From positions 89,094,001 through 89,158,000 of the forward strand of contig NC_043005.1 in NCBI RefSeq assembly GCF_006345805.1: 64,000 nucleotides of DNA, read 5' to 3'. Positions 50,781 through 63,744 of the stretch are shown one piece after another (the first letter of the stretch is position 1; each line of letters starts with the position of its first letter). This stretch comes from Octopus sinensis (Eukaryota). A program made the position numbers and the translations under genes. The notes under the pieces were generated by a model. It made no database searches, was not told where the DNA came from, and saw only the letters and a program-made list of their open reading frames with translations.

Positions 50781-51432
50781 CTGTAAAAACCTGGATTTGC
50801 CCCATGACAAAAACTGGTGGGAACACAAACCACCCCCAGTGCTTGAAAATGACCACATCTCACTCCTCTGGAACTTCGCCATTCAAACTGACAGAAATAT
50901 AGATGCAAATAGGCCTGACATCATATTGAAAGACTTCAAACAAAGAACATGCCTCCTCATTGATATGACTGTCCCAATCGATATAAACGTATCTGTCAAG
51001 ACCTACCAAAAACTGAGCAAATATAAAGATCTTGAAATAGAAATCAGCAAAATGTGGAACCTGAAGACTAAAACAATACCTGTTGTCATAGGTGCCCTGG
51101 GAATGATAGCAAAAGGGGCTGATAGCTACCTAACTCAGATACCAGGAAACCCAAAATGGCAGAAATTCAAAAGATAGTGCTCATGGGAACTGCTCATATC
51201 CTACGCAAAATACTTTCTATGTAATCTCAAGGTTTAAAACAAACATAATTTTCGGTTTAAAAAAAAAAAAAAAACTTTTTTTTAGACATTCATTAGTACA
51301 ACACCCCCACCCCCCAAATATATGGCACACTAGGCATAACAACAATATGAACTTCCAACCCTGTTGTCTCTTGAGGTCTCTGGGTGAGACTTGAAGCCAA
51401 CTTGTACAAATATAAAGCAAAAGTCAAACATA

Positions 51433-51433
<1 letters not shown>
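50781..51433 (+). mobile_element. R4/Dong-like RLE LINE, 5'-truncated, inside (AAT)n
   Basis: LLWNFAIQTDRNIDANRPDIILKD...LIDMTVP...KYKDLEIEI; (AAT)n on both sides. Confidence 0.92.
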
Positions 51434-51495
<62 letters not shown>

Positions 51496-51497
<2 letters not shown>

Positions 51498-52051
51498 GCC
51501 CTGATGCAGTACCAGGCAGTGGCTCTCATGGCTTCTGATCTTAACTGATTGGAAGTGTTATCATGTACATTGTTTTGTCTTGGTATAAAAGATGGGCTAC
51601 AGCAAATATTCTGTTCAATACCACTGATTTGCTTGTCAGTTGTTTGACCTTCACCAGTTGAGCATGTCCCTTGGTGGCTGACAATATGTGCATCTCTGAT
51701 CACAAGCAGAAGTAGTGGGGGAGCATCATAGCCATGTGTTGAGAGGGATTCTTTGGGGTTTGAATAATTCACCTCTGGAAACATGGGTGGTTCTTTCAAC
51801 ATCCTTAAACAACCCTTATTCAGGGACCTTTTGAGCGGGATGGGCTACTCAACCTGAAAAAAATTCTAACTGGGCCCCACCTGCAAGGTCATGTGCTGTT
51901 TATCTTGATATGAGATCACCATGTCGCGCACATATGGTTGTGATGCATGTGCCTGGTGTACCTTTATCAGACGGGTAGTCATGATGGGTATATTGGGCTT
52001 CGTATATTTTACCCCAGTGTCACTTTGATGGCATGCACTGCTCTCTCACTC
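51496..52051. mobile_element. ~555-bp non-coding interspersed element flanked by (AAT)n, copy 1
   Basis: Colinear copy at 55031-55540; partial, interrupted copy at ~54545-54995. Confidence 0.85.
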
Positions 52052-52073
52052 AATAATAATAATAATAATAATA

Positions 52074-52124
<51 letters not shown>

Positions 52125-52134
52125 AATAATAATA

Positions 52135-52188
<54 letters not shown>

Positions 52189-52234
52189 ATAATAATATTA
52201 TTATTATTATTATTAATAATAATAATAATAATAA

Positions 52235-52296
<62 letters not shown>

Positions 52297-52329
52297 ATAA
52301 TAATAATAATAATAATAATGAAATTATTG

Positions 52330-53110
52330 TATAAAGTGTCCAGGTGCACCACAACTTGTCAGAAAGTGTGTATAAAGTATATGCAGTAATGTACAAATGT
52401 CTGGAAAGCGGACAATGCATGAGTCAGGTACATGCTTGTGTGTGTATGGAGGGGAGAAAATCAGGTGTAGTGTTGGCGAATCTCAGAAAGCATGGAAGTT
52501 TTGAAGGATGCAGTGCTCCGACAACTAACAACTGATGCCGGCAGTTTGTTCCATGCTTCAGCAACTCTCAACGTGAAAAAATGTTTCCTAAAGTCATGGG
52601 AGCTGTGCTGTTTTCTTACTTTGTAAATATGTCCACGGGTGTTAGACAGGTGGAGTTTGAAAAGGTGCTCAGAGTTATTGTTTGTACGATGGTTGATAAT
52701 TTTATGGGTGTCTGCCAAATCAGCTGCCAGACATCGGAGTTTCAATGTGTCCATGCCCAGGGAAGTAAGGCGTTCAGAATATGACAAATGCCTGATAGAG
52801 GGTATTCTTTTGGTTGCACGTCGCTGAACGGCTTCCAGATGATTAATATCCTGGGCAAGATAGGGGTTCCAGACTGGTGATGCAAATTCCAGGTGAGGAC
52901 TTACCATAGCTATATAAAGCCGCAGATAGCCGGAGAGCGGCTCACAAAGGACTTGGTGAGTGATGCCAAGACACCCTCAGCCTTCTTGGCCTCCCTTCGT
53001 TAATGAATGGCCCAGTAAACCTAACATATATCTCGCTCGTCACAATAAACTCCACGTCCTGTTTTTTTATGACCTGCCATAAGTTTAATGACGTCAGTTT
53101 GTAACGACCT
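52330..53110 (-). mobile_element. CR1-clade LINE 3' end
   Basis: PHLEFASPVWNPYL..DINHLEAVQRRATK...SYSERL...TRGH...RVAEAWNKLP; (ATT/ACT)n tail. Confidence 0.93.
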
Positions 53111-53217
53111 TCATGGCTCAGCAGACATAACACCACCTATTCAAAAGATTGTCGCATTCATCAGCCACGTTTCTTATAAGAATAAGAATCAACTGAATTA
53201 CCAGCTGATGACATCAC

Positions 53218-53281
<64 letters not shown>

Positions 53282-53306
53282 CTCTCTCTCTCTCTGTGCC
53301 TATATA

Positions 53307-53337
<31 letters not shown>

Positions 53338-53386
53338 GTCAGTCTATCTATCTACCTGCCTAACTATCTATCTGTCTGTCTGTATG

Positions 53387-53427
<41 letters not shown>

Positions 53428-53456
53428 ATATATCTCTCTATATATATATATATTGC

Positions 53457-53542
<86 letters not shown>

Positions 53543-53940
53543 ATCTATCTATCTATCTGTCTGTCTCTATGTCTATCTGTCTGTCTATCTATCTACCTGC
53601 CTAACTATCTGTCTGTCTGTGTGTCTATCTATCTATCTACTCATAGTCACACTCATACTCACACACACACACACACGCACACGCACGCACACGCACACAC
53701 ACACGCACACACACACACAGGCACACACACACACGCGCGCACACACACGCACACACGCGCGCGCGACACACACACACACGCACACACACACGCACACACA
53801 CGCACACACACACACGCACACACACACACGCACACACACACACACACACACAACGGGCTTCATTCAGTTTCTGTCTACCAAATCAACTCACAAGGCTTTG
53901 GTCAGCTTGAGGCTATAATAAAAACACTTCTCAAGGTCCA

Positions 53941-54538
53941 CACATACATACATACATACATACATACATACATACATACATACATAAATACATACATACA
54001 TACATACATACATACATACATACATACATACATACATAATACATACATATATACATACATACATACATACATACATACATACATACATACATACATACAT
54101 ACATAAATACATACATACATACATACATACATACATACATACATACAAAATACATACATACATACATACATACATACATACATACATAAATACATACATA
54201 CATACATAATACATACATACATACATAAATACATACATACATACATACATACATAAATACATACATACATACATACATACATACATACATACATACATAA
54301 ATACATACATACATACATACATACATACATACATACTTACATACATACATAAATACATACATACATACATACATACATACATACTTACATACATACATAA
54401 ATACATACATACATACATACATACATACATACATACATACATACATACATACATACATACATACATACATACATAAATACATACATACATACATACATAC
54501 ATACATACATACTTACATACATACATACATACATACAC
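53941..54538. repeat. (CATA)n microsatellite, ~600 bp
   Basis: Direct inspection. Confidence 0.97.
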
Positions 54539-54835
54539 GAGAGCTACTTGAATTGAAGAAAATTCTAACTGGGTCACACCTGCAAATTCATGCATTGTTT
54601 ATCTTGATATGAGGTCACCATGTCATGCATATATAGTTGTGAGGCATGTGCCTGGTGCACCCTTATCACATGCGTAGCAATGGATAGGTATATTGGGCTT
54701 TGTATATTGATCAATTTTTTTCCTCTCCCCCTTTTTTTTGAACCCCCCCTTTTTTTTGTCCTCTTTCTCTCCTTTTACGATCCCTTTTGATCGACCCCCC
54801 CTTTTTTATTTTATTTTTATTTTATTTTATTTTTT

Positions 54836-54878
<43 letters not shown>

Positions 54879-55629
54879 CTTCAAAAGAAAAGCTCTACCT
54901 TGTAATTTGTTCTATCTGTGTGCAGCCCTGTGGGCTAATAAAGAACATATATTCATACATCAGCATCTCTTTGATGGTGTGGCTACTCTCACTCAATAAC
55001 AACAACAACAACAACAACAATAATAATAAAAGCCCCGATGCAGTACCAGGCAGTGGCTCTCATGGCTTCTGATTTTAACTGGTTGGAAGTGTTATCATGT
55101 ACATTGTATTGTATAAAAGATGGGCTACACTCAATACCACTGATTTGCTTGTCAGCTGTTTGATCTTCACCAGTTCAGCATGACCCTTAGTGGCTGACGA
55201 TATGTGCATCTCTGATCACAAGCAGAAGTAGTGGGGGAGCATCACAGCCATGTGTTGAGAGGGATTCTTTGGGGTTTGGATAATTCATCCCTGGAAACAT
55301 GGATGTTTTGTTCAACCCTTACTGAGGGGAATGGGCTACTTGACCTGAACAAAATTCTAACTGGGCCCCACCTGTAAGGTCATGTGCTGTTTATCTTGAT
55401 ATGAGATCACCATGTCATGCACATATGGCTGTGATGCATGTGCGTAGTGTACCCTTATCAGACAGGTAGTCATGATGGGTATACTGGGCTTCGTATATTT
55501 TACCAGTGTCAATTTGGTGGCATGCACCACTCTCTCACTCAATAATAATAATAATTATAACTCATTGAAAATATTTTTAAAACACATGAAACACATACAC
55601 ACACAGACACACACACACACACACACACA

Positions 55630-56085
55630 CGGGCGAAATGCTTAGCGTTATTTCGTCTGGCGTTACGTTCTGAGATCAAATTCCGCCGAAGTCGACTTTG
55701 CCTTTCATCGTTTCGGGGTTGATAAATTAAGTACCTATTTCTTTAGTACCCACAAGGGGCTAAACACAGAGGGGACAAACAAGGACAGACAAACAGATTA
55801 AGTCGATTACATCGACCCCAGTGCGTAACTGGTACTTATTTAATCGACCCCAAAAGGATGAAAGGCAAAGTCGACCTCAACGGAATTTGAACTCAGAACA
55901 TAACGGCAGACGAAATACGGCTATGCATTTCGCCCGGCGTGCTAACATTTCTGCCAGCTTGCCGCTAAATTAAGTACCAGTTACGCACTGAGGTCGATGT
56001 GATCAACTTAATTCCTTTGTCTGTCCTTGTTTGTCCCCCTCTATGTTTAGCCCCTTGTAGGCAATAAAGAAATAAGAAATAATCG
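55630..56085. mobile_element. Nested SINE-in-SINE: antisense copy 55736-55965 inside a sense copy
   Basis: 13-bp direct repeat TAAATTAAGTACC at 55723-55735 and 55966-55978. Confidence 0.92.
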
Positions 56086-56149
56086 AGACAGGGGAACAAC
56101 CTTCATGGCTGCGGTATGTCTGATCAAGACATCTTCTTTACAATTGTTT

Positions 56150-56945
56150 TACATGTGACTTTCAATCATTGAACTGGTTCCATTTTCCCTCTGGCCTTCC
56201 AGTAAGCAGACCTGCTGCATCAAGGCTGTTCAGGAAGTCCTACTTGTTTTGAATAGGCAAGAGTCTTGCTGTGTTGAAGGCCTGGTTGATGAGCTTAGGG
56301 TGCTTGGGATGGTGGGGGACTATGCGAGTGTTGAGCTTAACTTGAACAAGGTGGTGGTCCGTCCAGCATTGCCCTGGTGGTGAGGATTTCACAGCTGTCT
56401 CATCGACGGGTGATGATGTAGTCTATAAGAAGACACTGTTTGGCTCGGGGGTGCATCTACGTGTTCTTCTATATATCAGCCTGCCTGGGGACTTTGTTTG
56501 GGATGAGCAGTTCATGTTCTGCACACTTGCTCTGCAGAAGGAGTCTATTGCTGTTCGTCTTGCCTACAGCGTGCTTTCTACTTGTTGCAGTCACTGCCAA
56601 CCCCGGCCTTGAAATCACCCATCAGAATGAGCTTGACAATGGCAGGCGTGGTGCATAGAAGAGTGTCCAGGCTGGTGTAGAACTGCTCCTTGGCTTTCTC
56701 CGTGGATGTCATGGTGGGGTCGTAAGAGCAGATGATAGTGATGAACCGCTTGTTGCTGATGGGGAGGCAGATCTTCATCAAGCTTCCATTGACGCCAGTC
56801 GGAAGATTAGAAATCTGTTTGAAGAGTTTGGTATTGATGGCAAGTCTATTGCTGTGGATGTGGTCTTTGTTTTGGATCTTTCCTTCCCAGAAAAAGGTGT
56901 ATCCAATGGATTCATTCATCGATCCCTCTTCGGCCAGTAGTGCTT
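56150..56945 (-). mobile_element. RTE APE fragment (same family as 12797-15780)
   Basis: NESIGYTFFWEGKIQNKD...LILMGDFKAGVG, near-identical to 14750-15010. Confidence 0.9.
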
Positions 56946-57003
56946 GTTTTAGTTCTTGGAGCCTTTTATTGCGAGTTTCCGGGTTTCATCATGCACACAC
57001 ACG

Positions 57004-57047
<44 letters not shown>

Positions 57048-57947
57048 TATATATACATGCTGGGCTTCTTTCAGTTTCTATCTACCAAATCCACCCACTC
57101 TGTCTGAGGCTATAGTAAAAGATACTTGCCCAAGCTGCCACTCAGTGGGACTGAACCCAGAATCATATGGTTGAGAAGCAAGCTTCTTGCCACAGCCACT
57201 CAGTTATGTGTCTACACACACATATACACATGTGTGTGTGTGTGCACGCGCGTGTGTGTTGAAAAACCAAGAAGATGGAAACGCTTAGTGAGCTTTAATA
57301 TGGCAAAAAGCAAAGAAAATATGAACTGGTTTCGGCCATTTAAGACGAGCTTTTCCTGCTGGAATAAAATGGAAAGAAAAATTGAAATACATGGAATTTA
57401 ACTTTCAAAATATCACCACTTTTACAAAGTGGCCATCACCACCAACTGGCAGCATTCTGAAGGACTCGAAATACAGCACCATGTAGATTTTACTAATAAA
57501 AAGATATGAGCTTCCAGATGTGATATTTTGAAAGTTTAATTTAATCTATTTCGAATTTTAAGGATTATAAGGGGGTCTATTTACTTCTGTTATGTCTGTT
57601 TATAAGTAATTTAAATACATATACATAGATACATAGATACATATATATACACACATATACATAGATACATAGATGCATATACATAGATACATGTTCATAG
57701 GCACATACATAGATATAAGAACAAGTGCATTAAATACAAAAATTACAAATAAAACGCATCCAACCATTATGGGATACACTGTATGTATATATATATATAT
57801 ATACACATTTATACACACACACATACACACATACACTTTCTCTCTTCGACTTTTTCCTTCCCCCTCTCCCTGAAGGCTGAAAGCTACAGAAGATGTAACT
57901 AAATTTAAATGAAAGATCAAAGAAACCTATTTTGTATATTTTCCTAG

Positions 57948-58170
57948 GTGTGCTATTCCTGGTTACGACAACGACACTTATAAAATCCAAAGTGAAATCC
58001 ATGAAGAACTGATCAACGAATATATTCCAAAGAGTGAGGATGAAGGAGAGGTGGTTTATGAAAAATGTTTGATATATTCCAATACCACAGAAAATGGAAA
58101 TCGAACTGCACAGAAGTGCAGTTCTTGGGTTTATGATAAAACCAACACACACACCTCAATCACCAGTCAG
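57948..58170 (+). CDS. Internal exon of an SLC22-family organic cation/anion transporter (large extracellular loop)
   Basis: 223-nt exon bounded by ttcctag|G and CAG|gtaagg. Encodes (R)CAIPGYDNDTYKIQSEIHEELINEYIPKSEDEGEVVYEKCLIYSNTTENGNRTAQKCSSWVYDKTNTHTSITSQ, with the SLC22 RC..P, C..Y and C..WVYD..T..SI.S motifs and N-glycosylation sequons. Confidence 0.92.
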
Positions 58171-58333
58171 GTAAGGTTATTTTGAAAGTCACATGCCACA
58201 TGTAAGCTAATCTATCTATCCTTCTATCTACCTACCAAGATACATATCTATTTATCTAAAACTATCTGACGAACAGGAACATAAAACTCTGAAGAACCAT
58301 TTTTTGTGAAAGTATTGCAGCTTTATTAATAAA

Positions 58334-58384
<51 letters not shown>

Positions 58385-58694
58385 TGTGTGTGTGTGTAGA
58401 TAAAGATAGATTGTTCTGTCTGTCTGTCTATCAACCCAGTTATCTACCTGTCTCTCCATCTCCCTACCTATTTCCTGTCTACTTTTAAATCTACTTCTAT
58501 GTCCACATGCCTTTTATACTTTTAAAACACTTATATCTACAAACATTAAAGCATTTATAGCCATGATCCTTTAATCTGTTATCCTTTATATCCGTGGTCC
58601 TTTAATCCGTGACCCTTTATAACTGTGATCCTTTATATCCCTCCAACCTATTACAGAAACTTAAACCTCCTTCTACTCTGCTCCCTTTTTATTA

Positions 58695-59203
58695 TATCTA
58701 TATATATAAAACTGTAGTTGCGTGAGTGTCTGTCCCCTTCGATTTAGATTCCTAACTACTCCCACATTTTGCGGTGCAGTTTAACCAAATTCGGGTATCT
58801 TATAGTCGTGATTCATATTGAGCCCGTCTGAGTATTAGCGCGCGTCTACGATGAGTCTACGATTTTAAAAATAATTTAACATCATTTTTTATTCCATTTT
58901 AATGCATAGTTTTTCGTGTGGCGATTGCGGCGGAGTTGGCGTCCATGGTCACACCTGCACCTATTTGCTTCTCCCCCTTCTTCCCTCCCTCGTGAAGCTG
59001 TGGGGAAGGGAGTGTAAGGAAATCAACGTCGTAAAGCGTTGTCAAGGAGACCTCGTTCTTTTAGAACAACGACTTCATGGCTTGAAGACACCAAAACAGA
59101 AATGGCTAAGAAAATTGGCATCTATAAGGGAAGTAACTCTCTAAAAATGCTTATATAGTTATTTCCCTTACAAACCCGAGCAACGCCTGGCGATACTGCT
59201 AGT
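58695..59203 (+). mobile_element. HINE (non-autonomous Helentron)
   Basis: 5' ATCTATATATATAAAACTG; 3' CCCGAGCAACGCCTGGCGATACTGCTAGT, matching 40200-40227. Confidence 0.85.
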
Positions 59204-60211
59204 TCTATATAATTTCCCTTTATTTTCTTTCATTTCACTTCCCCTCTATATTGTATCCTATCCTGCTTTATTTTATTTTATTTCTTCTCATCTTTCTCTC
59301 TGTCAATCCTACAAACAGCATTACCCTGTTATCTTACTAAAATATATGAGTGTATATATTGAAGTATACACGCATAAATGTGTGTATGTATTTATACATA
59401 TATGTGTGTTAATGTTCATATACCATCTGTGTGTGTATAAAGTTGTTAGCTATGCACCATGAGAAGCATTCAAGTTGTTTATAGAAAGAAGTACACTTTA
59501 CCTCTTCAAATCTTGACTATTGAAAATTTCTCAATAATATAAAAAATACAGCAAGTTATAATTTTTGCTTTAGTTGACACAGAGCTTTTATAATAAAAAA
59601 AAACATTGAAATGTTAAAGATATATGAAAGAAGAATTCAGAACTTGTCACTGTGTGAATAGATACAATTTCATGGCATCTGCATTTTATAAAAAGGGGGG
59701 CCGTTGCAATATTTAACGTTAGACCAACTTCTTTTCACTCGTTTGTTCAATATAATTTTGATCCAGACTTTGCAACCTTCAGAGATAAGCATTTACCTCA
59801 CTTATCTTTTATCATTTGCTTGTTCTAGATATTAGACTGTGGCCATGTTGGGGTATTGCTTGAAGAATTCTACTTGAACGAATCAACCCCAGTAGTTATT
59901 GCTTTTTCATAAAGCCTGGTACTTATTCTATTGGTCCCTTTTGCTGAACTGTTAAATTGCGGGGCCATAAACACACCAACATCGGCTGTCAAGCAGTGGT
60001 AGGGAACAAGCTCACACACACACACACACACACACACATACTCACACACATGCACACAACACATACATACATACATACTCACACACATGCACACAAACAC
60101 ACACACAAATACAAACATACATGCACACAAACACACACACACACACACATACATACATACATACATACATACATACATGCATACATACATACATACATAT
60201 ATATATATATA

Positions 60212-63200
60212 TCATCGTTTAACGTCTGCTTTCCATGCAGGCATGGGTTGGACGATTTGACTGAGGACTGGCGAACCAGATGGCTGCACCGGGTACCAAT
60301 CTGATCTGGCAGAGTTTCTACAGCTGGATGCCCTTCCTAACACCAACCACTCTGAGAGTGTTGTGGGTGCTTTTACATGCCACTAGCACAAGGGCCAGTC
60401 TGTTAGTCTTCCTTTGATATTGCTGCACCTCTTATGTGCCCATAGCTTACACTGGGTACATCTTATAGAGTTTCTACCTACGCCTTTTCTACAGATCGAG
60501 CAGGGCCATCTACCTGAAGGTGTTTGTGGTTTGTCTACCTTCTTCCTTATTAGGACTTTAGTTTTAACTAGGTTAACTCTAAGGCCCTTCGATTCTAAAC
60601 CTTGCTTCCACACCTGAAACTTCTCCTCTAGTTCTGATAGTGACTCAGCAATTAGAGCAAGGTCATCAGCATAGAGGAGTTCCTAGGGGCATCCTGTCTT
60701 GAATTCCTCTGTTATTGCCTGGAGGACAATGATAAATAGGAAGGGCTAAGGACTTAACCTTGGTGGGCCCCTACCTCTACCCAGAATTCTTCACTGTACT
60801 CGTTGCCAACCCTCATCTTACTGACGGCGTCCCTGTACATGGCTCGCACAGCTTTCACTAACCATTCACCTACTCCTAGTTTCCTCATTGACCACTAGAT
60901 AAGGGATTAGGGAACCCTGTCAAAGGCTTTCTCCGTGTCAACGAAAGCCAGGTACAGAGGTTTATCTTTGGCTAGGTATTTCTCCTGCAGCTGTCTTACC
61001 AGAAATATAGCATTAGTGGAGCTTTTCCCTGGCACGAACCCAAACTGCATCTCATCCAAACTGACTCTCTCCCTAATTAGTTGGGCTATGACCCTCTCCG
61101 TAGCATTCATTACTTGATCCAACAACTTTATACCTCTGTAATTATTTATATCTAAAGCGTCACCTTTACCTTTGTAGCAGTTGACTATGGTGCTGCCTCA
61201 CCAGTCATTGGGTATGACTCTTTCGTGTATCACCTGGTTAACTATACGGGTGACGAGGCTATAGCTGACACTGCTAGATATTTTGAGCATCTCTGCAGTG
61301 ATTCCTGATGGGCTGGGGGCTTTCCCTGTCTTCATACTCTTAATTGCTTTATCTCCCAAGGTACTGTCAATTCGGATAGCTGGTCTCTCTGTTGGGTCGA
61401 CATTCGGCAGAATCTCTTTCTCCCATTCATTTTCTTTATTCAGCAACCTTTCATAGCGGTCTCTCCAAACCTCTCTCTTTGCAACCTCGTCTAGTGCAAG
61501 TGAACTACCATCCGTGCAGACACATTTCTCTCCTACGACGCCACGATTCTCATTCACACACTGTCTTGCAACACGAAATACCTCAAATCTTTGGCCCTCA
61601 CGGCACAGAACATTGGCAATTTTTTTCTTATCTGCTTCCCCTCTAGCTAAATAAACCTCCTGGCAGTCTGATACAATTCCCTGCTACCACCGTTCCTCCA
61701 GTCCTTCCAAGCCTGTTTCTTTTGTGTAATGGCCCAGTCAACAACATTGTTCCACCACCACGTTACCTTGAGTCGAGCTGGGACTTTGCACCATCCACAG
61801 ATTTGGTCAGTGGCTCTCAGCAGGTTGTCCCGTAGAAACCTCCAGTTTTCTTCCACATTATGTGAAGCTATATCCCCTTCTATTTCGTTGAAGGCTTCGA
61901 GTAATACGTCTCTAAATCTCTGTCCATTTGCAGGATCTTCAAGTTTCCAGACACTTCTCATCCAAGCTGGTCTTCTTCTGGCATCCACTTAGCCCTGATC
62001 CCGAAGTCACTAACTACTAATCTATGTTGAGGGAATTTTTTGGCATTTATAAGTAGCCCTCTTTCCCTTTTTCTTGCGAGGATGTAGTCAATTTGGCTAA
62101 TATGTCTGCCAGGAAGGTAGGTGACTAGGTGACAGGTGGGTCTCCTGAAGTTGGTATTGCAAACCATAAGATCATTTACATCGTAGAACTCCAGCAGTCT
62201 GGTTCCCTCCTCATTGCGGGACCCGAAACCATAGCCTCCATGTACGCCATGGAAGCCCCTTGCATGTTGTCCAACATGTCCATTGAAATCGCCAGCCACA
62301 AAGAGAAGGTCCCTGTCATTCGTCAACGAGGTAGTCTGCAATAGGGTGTCATAGAATCGGTCTTTCTGCCCATCAGGTAGCCCCGACTGAGGGGGCATCG
62401 GCCGAGATAATGGTAGCTGACCTATGGTGAAGCACTAATCTAATCTTAAGTACTCTGTCGCATACTCTGACTACCTCGATTACCTTATCAACCCATTTCT
62501 CCGCAAGAAGTATACCCACGCCCCCAACCCCGTCAGTGTTCCCTGCCCAGAAAATCTTGTACGTGTGTTCTTTGCCTGTGAGGAGCCTAGCGGAACCTCC
62601 TCTCCACCTTACTTCTTGGATGCAGCACAAATCTACACGTCTCCGTTCAAGCATCTCAACAATCTCACCAGACATACCTTTCAGTGTGCCGACGTTGAGT
62701 GTGCCAACTCTGAGGGTGTGAGAGGTGTGGGCCTGTGGACCCTGGGATGAGGGACAGCAGTGTCGTGTACGTGAAAAGAAAGCTTGCATTTGGCAGAATT
62801 CATAAATAAACACTAGACTACAACCTGCATACACTACACCATTTTTATGCGCCATATGATCAATAAACCCTAGGTAGGTGAGGGGATGGCAGAGGCCCTT
62901 AGAAGTGTTCGCGGAAGACAACCAAGGATGACAGAGGATAGAAACTTCCGGTGAGTATGGAGGGGGTGGGAGGGTGTACCGCGAACCAGCAAATTTAGAC
63001 GAGAGCATCGTCTTCTGCACTTGTATACTATGGTTAGACAAATTTAGAGAGAATGAATTAACGAAACGATAAACTTGAATAAAATAAATAAAATATGACG
63101 ATTAACGGATATGCATGACCTTAAGACAAACAAGAGAGACGAAGCTATCGGAACTATATTTACATGGTAAGGAAATAGATAGATAATAAGGAACGAATGG

Positions 63201-63396
63201 GTGGGGGGTTATGATCTACGCAGAAACAGGAGCACATGAACGGGAGGTATAGGTAGAGGTGTTTAAATCCTCTAAGGGATAAATGTATCCAGAGGCACTC
63301 CTGGTAATTACTTCAGCAGGTATGGTCCTTGTTATAAGGTATACATCCGCGGGTAATTCAAAAGGTAAACCGTAGTTTAATGCGTGTATAGGTGAT
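60212..63396 (-). mobile_element. RTE-clade LINE (second family), long copy with internal deletion
   Basis: LRVGTLNVGTLKG (APE start), GDFNGHVG, QFGFVPGKS, KAFDRVP, PHD-like insert and a 3' end ...GACGTTAAACGATGAT. The 5' extent beyond ~62900 is inferred. Confidence 0.9.
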
Positions 63397-63640
63397 AAGA
63401 AATGGAGGATAAATAACAATGAGAAGTAGGTCTTTGGTGCTAAAAAATGCCATTATTTAATTAGTTAAGCAAGGTGAGAGTAAGAGTGAGTTTACAGCTG
63501 TTTCTGTGTACCATGCTGAGGTAAATACAGCAAAGTACACAGAAACAGCTGTAAACTCACTCTTACCTTTCTTAACTAATTAAATAATGGTTTTTAGCAC
63601 CAAAGACCCACTTCTCATTGTTATTTTTCCTCCATTTCTT
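63397..63640. repeat. 244-nt near-perfect hairpin (arms ~106-115 nt, 23-nt partly paired loop)
   Basis: 63397-63511 is the reverse complement of 63535-63640 with a few mismatches and two small indels. Confidence 0.95.
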
Positions 63641-63674
63641 CTCTCTCCCTCTCTCTCTCTCTCTATTTATATAG

Positions 63675-63713
<39 letters not shown>

Positions 63714-63744
63714 ATATATTATATATATATATATCATCACCATC

